A stretch of 64,000 nucleotides of DNA from positions 323,504 to 387,503 of the forward strand of contig ML992510.1 in NCBI GenBank assembly GCA_010093995.1, written 5' to 3'. Shown in pieces: positions 49,112 to 60,900 of this stretch. The first letter of the stretch is position 1; each line of letters opens with the position of its first letter. This DNA is from Elsinoe ampelina. Taxonomy: Eukaryota. The notes beneath the pieces were generated by a model. That model saw nothing but the letters and a program-made list of their open reading frames with translations. It searched no databases and had not been told where the DNA came from. Made by a program: the position numbers and the translations under genes.

Positions 49112-52100
49112 CTTACGCCTAGGGCTTAATAGTAATTAGTTCTACTACTAACGGACTATTTAGTTAGATAGGCGTTCTCTATATTATAATATATATAGCT
49201 TTAATATAAGGCTTTAATAGTTCTAATTACTCTACCTATAGTTATAATCTATTAGACTCTATAGATAACTAGAACTCTATCGGTAAGGCGCCTATACCTT
49301 ACGTAATTAATATTATAGAGATAGACTCTATCGAGTAGACTTCCCTAGAGAAAGAAGAGACTCTCGCGAAGTAGCTACTATACCTACGTACTAAGCGTAA
49401 GTATTTAGAGCTAGAGCTTAAGGCTTAGAGCCTTAAGGAAGAGATTAAGTAAATACATTATATACGTAATATAGAATACTACTAAGGAGGCTTCGACTAT
49501 AGCTCGTATACTTCTACTAAGCCCGTAGTAAGCAATATTAGTATATAGAGCATATATAGTAGTAGCGGACTATTCGTAAGACTATTCTCTAGATAACCTT
49601 AACTAAGAGAACTCTATTTCTACTAGAGTAAGACTCTAAAAGAGGTAAGATCCTTCCTAAAGAATCTCGAGGTTATCTTTACTCTAGCCTCTAAGGCTTA
49701 TTCTACCGACTAGTAGAAGGTGCTCTATAGAGTTATATTTCTTATAGGCGAGCTAAATAAGACATAGTATTACTACTACTACGTAGATAGCCTAGAAAGC
49801 TATATATAGAAGCAATTCCGCTAGTTCGTATAGGATATAGTTAATAACTCTATTAATTGTAGAATATACGTAACTCTCGTATATAAGGGAGCCTAATAAT
49901 ATAAGGGCTAATCTATCTAGGCCTTCGCCTCGGAACTTGCTATTCTTAAGAAGTAACTAGCTTTCTACTCCGAAGAGTAGAGAGTATACTATCTCCTTAC
50001 TAAGCTATAGCCTACACTATATACTACTATTATTAAATACTATACTATTCTAGCTACGCGCTAGAAGTTAGTCTCTTTAGACTTATATATCGAGTCTATA
50101 GACTATACTAGTAGTAAGCGCGCTATACAAGAAGATAAAAGTAACTACCTACGTAAGTGTAGTAGTTATAGTAGCCCCTAAGGAGAATACTACTACTAGT
50201 CTAGTAGCGGCTCTTAAGCTTACTATAAGCGTAAAGCTACTAATTTACCTATTAAACGGTTTAGTAGTTAAGGGAGTTTCTCCGACAAGTAGAAGAGAAA
50301 CACTAAGTACTATAGTTATAGCAAAACTAGTTATATTAAGCTAGAGTATAGGTCGAAGTACCTATAGAAGAATAGCAAGTCTTAGGCAGTACGTAAGGTT
50401 ACTACTATAGATAAGTCTAATAACTCTAAGTTAGGAAACTCTAAGAGCTTAGCTAAAGAGTATAACTAAGTCCTTTCTCTCTTCTAATTAACGCTTATCT
50501 ATTACTACTCTATTATAGCGCTATTATAGCGCCTATAGGGCGCAAAGACTATATGTTCCTTATAGATAATTATATAGAAGTTAATCTTATGTCTTAGGTA
50601 TTTACCCTTCGTTATAATCTACTAAGGGTTAAGCATACTTAGTATTTAAGTATATCTTCCTTCGTAGAGTAAGCCGGATTCTACTATAGCGCGTACTATC
50701 TTTACGTACGTCTAGTAGACTTCTATAGCGACCTTAGAGAGACAATTAGCCTCTTCTACGCCGTAGACTTAGAACTAGGCCCTCTAGTTATTTTAGGGCG
50801 CCTATAGTAGAGAAGATAGTATATTATTATAGATAGCACTATAGATAACTAGTCGTATAGCTACTCCTTATATATAGTTTACTTACGCAAACTAGAAGAC
50901 TTTATAAAGGACCTTAAGAACGAGCTAAGGGTATATACTATAGTATAGACTCTGTCTAAGGACTACACTTACGCTATAGGCGACCTAGCTCTACTATTAA
51001 AGTTCGTAGAGTTCTTTAACATCTTTATCTATAAGGATATTATAAATCTACTACGCCTACTAGGCGCTAAGTATACGATTAAGCTAGAGCTAGGTAGAAG
51101 GCCTCTATTCTAGCCCTTATATAATCTTTTAGTTAAGGAGCTTAAAGTGCTTAAGGACTATCTTAAGACTACTTAATTAAATAGGTAAATTAAGTACTCT
51201 ATAAGCAAGATAAGTACTTCTATTCTATTCGTGCCTAAGAAAGATAGTAGTCTATGCTTATATATAGATTATTAGGGCTTAAATAAGGTAACTATTAAGA
51301 ATTGCTATCTACTTCTACTTATTAGTAAGACGCTTAATTAGCTTAGGCAAGCCTAGTAGTTTTTAAAGTTAGATCTAAAGGATGTCTACTATAGGATTCC
51401 TATTAAGTATAGCGACAAGTAGAAGACTATATTCTATATACGCTATAGCTATTTTAAGTATTTAGTTATGCCTTTTAGATTAACTAATGCTCTAGCTACC
51501 TTTTAAGCGTATATTAATAAAGCGCTAGGTAGACTAGTTAATACTATCTATATTGTCTATCTTAATAATATTCTTATCTATAGTAACTCGAGAGAGAACT
51601 ACGTATATTACATTTATAAGATTCTAGTAAGGCTATAGAAGTTTACTTTATATACTAACCTTAAGAAATGTAAATTCTTTACTAAGGAGGTAGAATTCCT
51701 TAGCTATATTATCTCTACTATAGGTGTCTTAATAGATTCTAGTAGGGTAACTATAATTAAGAATTAGCTAAGGCTAAAGAGTTATTATAAAGTCTAGTAG
51801 TTTACTAGCTTTACAAATTTCTACTACTACTTCGTATAGTATTACTCTAAGATTATTACTCTTCTCTCTAGCCTTCTTAAAGGCTTAGTTAAAGGTCGTA
51901 AGTATAGCTCTTTCGTATAGAGTATAAGCGAATAGTAGGTATTTAAGGACATTAGGGACGTATTTACGCGTACCTCTATTCTCTACTACTATAATCCTAT
52001 ACTGCCTCTATGTATTAAAGGCGATACGTTAAAGTTTATAGTAGTAGCAATTCTGTCCTAACTATTTAATAGTACTTAGTACTCTATAGCCTTTTAGTCG

Positions 52101-54199
52101 AGGAAGTTTATCTTAGTAGAGTATAACTACGAGATATACAACTAAGAGTTATTAGTAATCGTATATATATTTAAGTAATAGTAATACTACCTCGAAGGTG
52201 CTATATATATAATTTAAGTGCTTACTAACTATAATAACCTCCGAGGATTTATAAAGCTAAAGTAGCTAAATAGCTAATAAGCCTACTAGGCTACCTTCCT
52301 TACTACTTTTAACTTTATAATAGAGTATTAGCTAGGTATAAGAAACCTAGCTAACGCACCCTCGAGGCGCTCTAACTACGTAACTAAGGAGTAGAAGGTA
52401 TCTTACCTTCTTTTAACTCTTTAGAATAAGCTCTATATCTAGGACTAGACTACTAACTCTAAAGAAACTACTCCGCTAGTTAGACGTATTTATACTATAT
52501 ATAAGGCCGCTCTAGAATAGGCCTAGGCTACCTATATACTATATAAAGGCAAAACTTCTTCTAAAAACTCCTAGAGTCTTATAACGACCTAGCAAGTCGC
52601 TATTATAGTAATAGCGAGGGAGGATCCCTTCGAGGATCTATCCGCTAACCTATTATTAGTTATAGAGCTACTATAAAGATAAGACTCTAAGATTATAAAG
52701 CTACGTTCGTAAGTAGGGAGTAGTAGAGATAAGAGTAAGACGCTATAGAATCTATAAGATAACCTCTTATTCTACTATAACGCGCTAGTTATTCCGAATA
52801 ATAGTGCTATTAAGGCGTAGATACTACGTATATACTACAACAGTAAATAGGCTAGTTACTTTAGTAAAGATAAGACACTTAAGCTTCTATTATAGAAATA
52901 CTTCTAGCTAACTATAAGAAAAGATATTAATAACTATATATAGTTATACTAAGTTTACTAGAAGTATAAGGCGCACTACTATTGCCCCTATAGCAAGCTA
53001 CGTACGCTACCGATACTAGACTACCTATAGTAAGAAATTATAATAGATTTTATTACTAACCTACTACTAAGTAAGTAAGGTAGTAGCGTCTATAATATAG
53101 TACTAGTAATTATAGACTATTATACTAAGATGTTACTATATATCCCTACTACTAAGAAGTGTATATTTATAGAGCTAGTAGAGATCCTACGTAACTATAT
53201 TATCTACTATTATAGTATTCTAAGGGGAATAGTAAGCAATTAAGAATCGGTCTTTACTAGCTAGTTCTAGAGTAAATTCTATTACGAAACACGTATAAAG
53301 CATAGGCTTAGTATAGCCTTTTACCCGTAGATAGATAGTTAAACTAAGTAGTAAAACTAAACGTTAGAATAGTACCTAAGGTACTACTATATAGAGCTAT
53401 AGAATAACTAGGCTAAATGTCTATTATAAGCGGAATTTATAAGCAATAATAGCGTTTATACTACGCTACGTATAAGCCCCTTCTAAATAATATATAGCTA
53501 CTATCTAGAGTTAGAGGTAATAGCTATTAAGCCTCGAGATAAGACTTTAGAGAGAAGAGTACTAGTAGTAGTAGAGTTAGTATAACACTTATAAGACATA
53601 TATATAAAGCTAGTAGAGTAATAGAAAGAGGCTTCTACCTACTAGACTAAGTACTATAATAGGAAGTATACGCTAAAGGTATATAGCATAGGTAACTTAG
53701 TACTACTCTTAGCTAAGAACTTATAGCTACCTATACTAAAGAAGAAGATAGAACTATAATTCCTTAGCCTATTTTATATACTTAATATAATTAAATCGTA
53801 GGCGTATTACCTAGCCTTACCGAGTTAGTATTATATCTATAATATCTTTTATATATCTCTTCTCGAACTATAGATAAGTAGAGCTAGTAAGGAGCTAGAA
53901 GAGAGTATACCTCTCGCTAACGAAGTAGATAAGTAGATAGTAGAGAAGATCCTAGGTAAGAGAACTACGAAGGGTAAGGTATTCTACTTAGTAAAGTAGA
54001 AGGACTAGCCTCTTAAGTTTAATAGCTAGGAACCTAAAGAGAATTATATAAATACGAGAGAGCTAATTGCTATATATAAGTTATAGCCGAGAGTAGCTAA
54101 GAAAGGTTACTAAAGGCGTAAATTATAGAGTATATAAGTAGACAGATTATATAAATATATAAATAGGATAAAGAGTAGACTCCTTACCTAGGGAAATAC

Positions 54200-55110
54200 A
54201 TTTTAATAAAGCGCTATACTTATACTACTATTACGGGTATTAACCTAAACTCTATACTCTATTATACTCTATATAAGGCCTTATTATAGGTATAGCGCTA
54301 GAGATACGCACCTAGCTTATATATGCCTACTTGTCCTTACTATTCTCCTTATCTACCTCTATACTAAGATTCTCCTCTATAAGTACTATAGGGGCTATAA
54401 GCTATCTACTAGCTATAATATAGTCGATTTCGATAGTAGAACTACTAGAGTTACGTACTATCTAAACCTATTAGCTATGTTTATAACGTATATAGAGCAT
54501 AGTCTAACTTACCTCTTTACTAACAGTAATTAAGCTATAAAGGCTACGCCTAATCTTCTATAGCTTCTTAACCTTCTTATACTTAAGCACGACACTACTA
54601 AGTAAGTTGCCTATAGGCCCTATATAAGGAGTTAAGACCTCGCTAACAATCTTATTCTTATTAGTGTAGTATACCTTAAGTATAGTCTTAAACTTCTTAA
54701 CCTTAGGGACGTTCTTATAGACTATAGCACATATATACTTCTTAGCTGTAGTAATACTAGCCTAGTTAGAGGCCTTAAGCTTAGTAACTATATTAAAGGC
54801 GTTAATGTATATATTACGTAGAATAGATAGAAGCAGCTTATATATATACTTACTATAGGTGTAGTATTTATACTTACGATAGAAGAAGATACTAAAGTTA
54901 CCTCTAGTATAGATATAACCTACTATAAATTAGTTACGTCCCTTATAAGAGCTCTATTAGTTTACTCTTAGCGACGCTATTAGTATACCTAGTATAGGTA
55001 TTAGCCTTCTCTTTAGAAAGTAAGAGAGTCGTAGAGTCGGCGCTAGTAGTAATAGCTCCCTAGGCGCTAGCTAACCTTACGCTATAAGTATTAGCTATAG
55101 GGGGGCTAGA
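54200..55110 (-). pseudogene. Antisense accessory gene of Gypsy A: Zn-cluster-like Cys motif, helical region, intron
   Basis: One minus-strand frame de-RIPs to TCTRCAN (~54999-54979)...HIC...RKCEYCTRGKHVC (~54880-54840)...ELRKIRRSL.SLIAVGKE, followed by an intron at 54512-54462 (gtaagt..gctaat..tag). Confidence 0.65.
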
Positions 55111-57977
55111 GTTAAATAATATAATAGTCGTAGGTAGTACACTTATATAGTAAAAGGTTAATAAAATATAGATATATTTTAAGTAGAAAAGGAGAACGTA
55201 AGGGAGAATAACAAGATTATATAGACTAACCTCTAGTATACTATATCTTTGTTATAGCTACTAGCGTAAGGCACGTATCTCCTATAATACCGCTAGAAAT
55301 TCTAAGAAAAGTAATATTATTACTGCTAATTAGCTTTAGCGCTATAGTAACTAGATAAACGCCCCTATAGGAACTAGATTCCTAGGACTACTACTACTAG
55401 ACATTATATAAGACATATATAAGACCTTCGCAAAAATGTCTTAACTATCTTATACCTACGTTACCTCTAAATAACACTACACATTATATACTTCTAGTCG
55501 AGAGCTAAGGATAGCTCTCCTAGAGGAGAAGGTAATTATAAGAGCTTAGTATTAAAGCGGCACTTAGTAGCGGCTAGTCCCGCTTACGTAATACACTTAA
55601 ATATCCTATATAGCGCTTGTACCTAGGGCTTAATAGTAATTAGTTCTACTACTAATAGACTGTTTAGTTAAATAGGCATTCTCTATATTGCGATATACGT
55701 AGCTTTAATATAAGGCTTTAACATAGTTCTAGCTTTAGGACTAAGCCTAGAGTCTTAAAAACTATAGTAATAGCTACGTAGTAAAGTTCTTTACGTTATA
55801 CTAGCGTAGAGAATAGTTAATTACTAATTTCTATATGTTCCTTAATAGTTACAAGTTCTATATTAAGATAGTACTACTCCTAGATAATACCTACTATATA
55901 TAGCTTATTGCCTATACTACGCTAGAGCTATACTCAGAAGTACTCTATTAGAGGAACCTACCCCTAATTAAGGTAGAACTCCTAGTATATCTATCCTATT
56001 TAGAGTAGAACCTACTAGGCTACTCCGACCCTATATAGGGGTAGTATAAGCGTAACGCTAGAAAGAAGACTAATACTTTTACTAAAAGGCCTTACTATAA
56101 TAAAGACTATAAGGGCTAAAAGGACTAGTAGAGTAGCGCTAACGCTACCTCTATAGCTCCTTAACCTAGCGCTACTTACTCTTATAATATCTATAAGAGC
56201 CTAGACTATTAGGTACTAAACTGTCCCTAGAAGGACTCTTTAAAACGGATAGTATCCTTACGTTTGCTAATTCTAAGTAGCTCTAGCGTAATATAGGATA
56301 TATACTAAATTTACACTAACGTTGTAGTTAATCTACCTAAAGGCCCTATCGAAGAGGTAGCTCTAATAGATAGTAGCGCCGATAGTAACTTTATTAGCTA
56401 GTATTTTACTATACGCTATTATATTGCTATTAACCCCTTAGTAGTATACTAAGTACGTAGCTTAGATAAATACGAATTAACTACCTATAGATATACTAAG
56501 TTAGCCTTTACTATTAAGGATAGTAAAGAAATAATATAAGTATTATACTAGCGGTTTAAAAGCGTTAATATAACTAGTTATAATCTTATATTAGGCCTAC
56601 TATAGCTATTATTCTATAACTCCGAGATTTAGTAGAGCGCTAGTACATAGAGGTATTATACTAGCGCTATATAGGTATTAATTCTAGATATACTCTCCTT
56701 CTCCTAGGAGCTAAATTAGTCTAATACCTAGCTCTATCTAGTATATATACGCTAGGACAAACCTAGCGCCTCGACTCTGTTATACTAGCTTAATAACTAT
56801 ATAGACGTTTTTAATAAGAGTATAGTAATAGTACTACTAGGTAATAATTTTACTTACTTTATTAATATTAAAGAGAGAGAATAGCTACTCTAGGGACCTA
56901 TCTACCTCCTTAGTAAGAAGGAGCTTTAGGTACTTTAAGAGTATATAGACGATAGCTTAGTAATAGGTTAACTCTAGTATAGCACTAGCTCTATAGAGTC
57001 TTCTATCCTATTTATTCCTAAGAAGAATAGTTCGCTACGCCTATATATTAACTATTATAGGCTAAATAATATTACTATTAAGAACTATTACCTCTTATCT
57101 CTAATTACTAAGATACTTAATTATATTAAGAGCGTATACTTATTTAGTAAGCTAGACCTTATAGATGCCTACTATAGGGTATATATCTAGTATAGCGATA
57201 AATAAAAGATAGTGTTCTACTATTGCTATAGCTACTTTAAATATACTATTATACCTTTTAGCCTTACTAACGCCCTAGCTACGTTCTAGACTTATATATA
57301 TTAGTACTTAAGTAGCTTAGTAGACTACTACTATATTATATATCTAGATAATATTCTAATCTACGCTAGCGATAAGTAAGAGTATTACTAGGCTATTAGA
57401 AGCGTACTAGACTACCTATATAAGAATAGCCTCTATATAAAACTAAAGAAGTATATCTTCGAGGTAATATAGGTAGTATTCCTAGGCTATATTATTAGTA
57501 GTAATAGTATTATAATAGAGTAGCCCTAGGTATAAGCTATTACTAACTAGCCTACCTCTACTAGCCTTAAGAAGTTATAAACCTTTCTTAGATTTGCTAA
57601 TTTCTACTATTAATTTATTAAGAGCTTCTTCTATATAGTACTACTACTAACTATACTTATATAAGAGTTAGTCTAAGAGAAGTAAGTAGGCCTATTTCTA
57701 TAGAGTAATAACGTAGCGTAGGCCTTTAATAGGCTTAAAGCTACCTTTACGTAAGTACCTATACTACGCTACTTTTTATTAGGTAAGCCTCTCTAGCTTA
57801 AGACTAATACTTTAGATTTTATACTCTCTAGAGTAATCTCCTAGTAAAATAAAAGTAACACTTCTACGCGATACTAGTACTCTATAGCGTTCTAGTCCTA
57901 GAAGCTATAAAGTATAGAACTAAACTATACTATCTACGATAAAGAGCTTCTTACTATTATAGAAGTAGTATAGTACT

Positions 57978-60900
57978 TAATACGAGATAGATACGAACTA
58001 GATTTAGTTAGAATCTAGTTTAGATTAGTTATATAATCTCGGCATTATAGCCTAGGCTTCTAGCTACTTTACCCTTAATATTACGTGTGCTTTATATACT
58101 AGCTCTTCTTCTTCTTCTTCTTCTAAGTCTTAATATTTTAATAAATAGACGTAATTAACCTCTTGTCTTACTAGTTATAATTACTATATCGAGACTTTAA
58201 AACGACTATAACTAAGTAATAGAGCTATTAAATTATCTAGTTATTCTACTACTTACGTAACTACTAATAACTACTACTTACGAAGAATTAAAGAATTAAA
58301 GAAGAAGCTATTATAACTATAGTTCCTGCGTATACTATAATAGATCCTTACTACTACTATATAAGTTAATACTATAAACCTCGAAGATATAAGAAGAAAG
58401 TAATAAGTCGAGTTATAGACGACTCTTAAAGGAAGTAGACTACTAGCTAAAAATCTTAATATTCTCTTTATTACGTATTAATGTTTTATACTGTTTTATT
58501 TATAACTAACTATGCTAAGTATAGCTCGATCTAACTATAGCGACGAAGAGCGCTACTAAAGTAAGCTACCTTAACTTATCCCTAATAATAATAACACCTC
58601 TATCTACTCTCTCTACTATAATCTTTTTGCTCTCTCTAACGCTATACTCCTTAAGAAGCTATAGGAAGAGCATAGTATATAGGCACTAAGAGATATATTT
58701 AACTATATTAAGTCCTTCTATAATAAGTAGACTACGTAGGTAAAAGGCACTTATACTAACGCTCTCTACTATTACTACGAGTTAGATACTACTTAGGCCT
58801 AGCTCGGCAACCTCTAATCTAAACTAGACGTATCTTAGTCCTATACTAACGGCGTTACTACCTAAGCTACTTACTACCTAGACAAAATCTAAAAGCTTAA
58901 GGCTAAAGTAAACTAACTAAAAAACGAGATAGAGCGTAGTATACTAGCTCTTTCTATACGTAGCTCTACCTTATTAGAAAAGATACTCGACTCTACTATC
59001 TTTAGTATAGATATACCGGAGTAGTTTAAGGTCTTTAAGTACTAGATAAGAAATAAGATATATACTAATATAAATTGTTTCTCTATAAGAGACACCTAGT
59101 TTACCTATCTATACTTACGCCTCTCTAGAGAAGCTTATATCCTTATTATAGACTTAGCTAGTAATAACGTTATTAGCGTTAAAGAGGTTCGTACTCTACT
59201 AGCCTAGCGCTTTAAGGATCCTAACTATAGAGCTACTATACGTACTTAGTTCGCTAACCTCTTCTAGTTTAATAGTATATTTAACTTCTTTATTAGCGAG
59301 TTTAATAAGTACGCCCTTTACGCTAAGATTACTAAAGAGGAGTAGCTATACTAGATTCGTTAGAAGATATCTAATAAGCTACGCGATACTCTAGTTAACT
59401 ATAATACTAATAACTTTACCGCCTTTATAGGCCTATACTACTAACTATAACATTTAATAGAATAACCTTATTACTAAGCGTACTTAGGCTTTATATTCTA
59501 TACTAGCTATAAGCCGCGCTACTACTATACCTACTTACGTACCTTATTCTACCTCTACGCCTATAGCTCTACTTACCTTTCGCCTTATTACTAGAGGTAC
59601 TCTATAGCCTTTTTGTCTAGCTCTAGTACTTACCTATTATACATGTAGTAAGCCTAGATATATCTCTACTAAGTGTATAGCTAGTACCTTAGAGAAGGCT
59701 ACTTATACTACTATATGCTCTATATATATTAGCGCTATAGAGGAGATATAGTAGCTTTAGGATCGCTTAGCCGAATTAAGTAACTAGGTCGATACTAGTT
59801 TAGCCTACGAACTAGATCTAGTTTAGCCTTAGTTTAACCCTAAAATAGACTATAAGTCTACTAGCTACTCTAGCTAGAGAAATAAGTAGCTAGAGAATAA
59901 GTTCTATTCTCTAGTAGAATAAGAGTAATTCGAGATAGATCTAAAGGTATATAGTTACTAAATAGCGTTGTTAGCTACTATATCCTCGCTATTATAACTC
60001 CTATTACTATTTACGACCCTTATAACTGCTCTTATACTATTATACTTTAAGCCTTTATCGATACTAGTACGCTTATTAGCGCCGTAGTTAATTATAACAT
60101 TCTTAATAAGCTAAAGAGCTTCGGCTACCCCGTAGTACTAGCTAGTTCTATTTAGCTTTAAGCTTATAATAGTGTTCTAATAGAGTAAGTTATATATAGC
60201 GTTCCCCTTACTACTACTATTTCTAGTAAGCTAAATAACCTTACTACCTTTCGTATTATAAATATTAGCTAATTTAATATTATTCTTAGCCTTAGCTAGC
60301 TTAAGGCTAATAGGGCTACTATTAACTATAAGTATAGCCGAGTTATATATAAAGAAGAGTTTTCGCTAACAGTTATTAAGTAGAAGCTACTATAGCTAAT
60401 TAAAAGGCTAGAATCTAGATCTAAGCCTAGCTTAGATCTAGGAATCTAGCTTAGTAAAGCTACTACTCTAGTTTAGAACTAGTTCGGTTCTAGTCTAACT
60501 CGTAAACTAAGTTCTAGCTTAGCTACTAAGTTAGGACGAACTAGACTATATCGGCTACTAGCTCTTAGGTCGAACTTTAAGCTAAATTAAGAGAAGTTTA
60601 AGCTAATCTCCTATAGTACTTAGTTAATATATAAGTTCTCCTACGTACCTACCTATATAAGTAATACTAAATAAGAAGAGCTAACTATTGCCTTTATTAG
60701 TATAGCTACCTTTATATTAGTAGCTAAATACTAAAAGAATAAGGTATTTATAATCTTAGTAAAGAATATTAAAGACTACTACTAGATAGCCTCCGAGCTA
60801 GAACTAGATTCTATAGTAGTTCTCCTAGAGGAGTTATAGAAGTTTACTAACATCTTCTCTAAAGAATAATCTAATATACTTCCTTAGTATCGGCCGGATT

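Larger units (their letters stand above)
41734..55723 (+). mobile_element. Complete Gypsy chromovirus family A, TSD TAGTT; 5' LTR split by element B
   Basis: The 5' LTR is 41734-41817 plus 49117-49219 and the 3' LTR is 55537-55723 (187 bp). TSD tagtt is at 41729-41733 and 55724-55728, and the PPT is agaggagaaggtaat. RT YL(N)(N) is at ~51558 and a chromodomain EWMVEKIL..YLVKWKDW..NSWEP at ~53930-54035. Confidence 0.96.
33407..57977 (+). mobile_element. Gypsy family B copy (B'), host of the nest; own sequence at 33407-34147, 41624-41733, 55724-57977; remainder displaced beyond window
   Basis: The 198-bp LTR at 33407-33604 matches 41818-42015. The three fragments join seamlessly when compared with intact copy B (42016-~44915). 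It is interrupted in RNase H at 57977 by element D. Confidence 0.93.

Noticed and set aside
58150..58190. Self-priming pair in element D (gtaatta / taattac)
   Set aside because: Only 7 nt and AT-rich, and the LTR 3' edge cannot be fixed without the second LTR.
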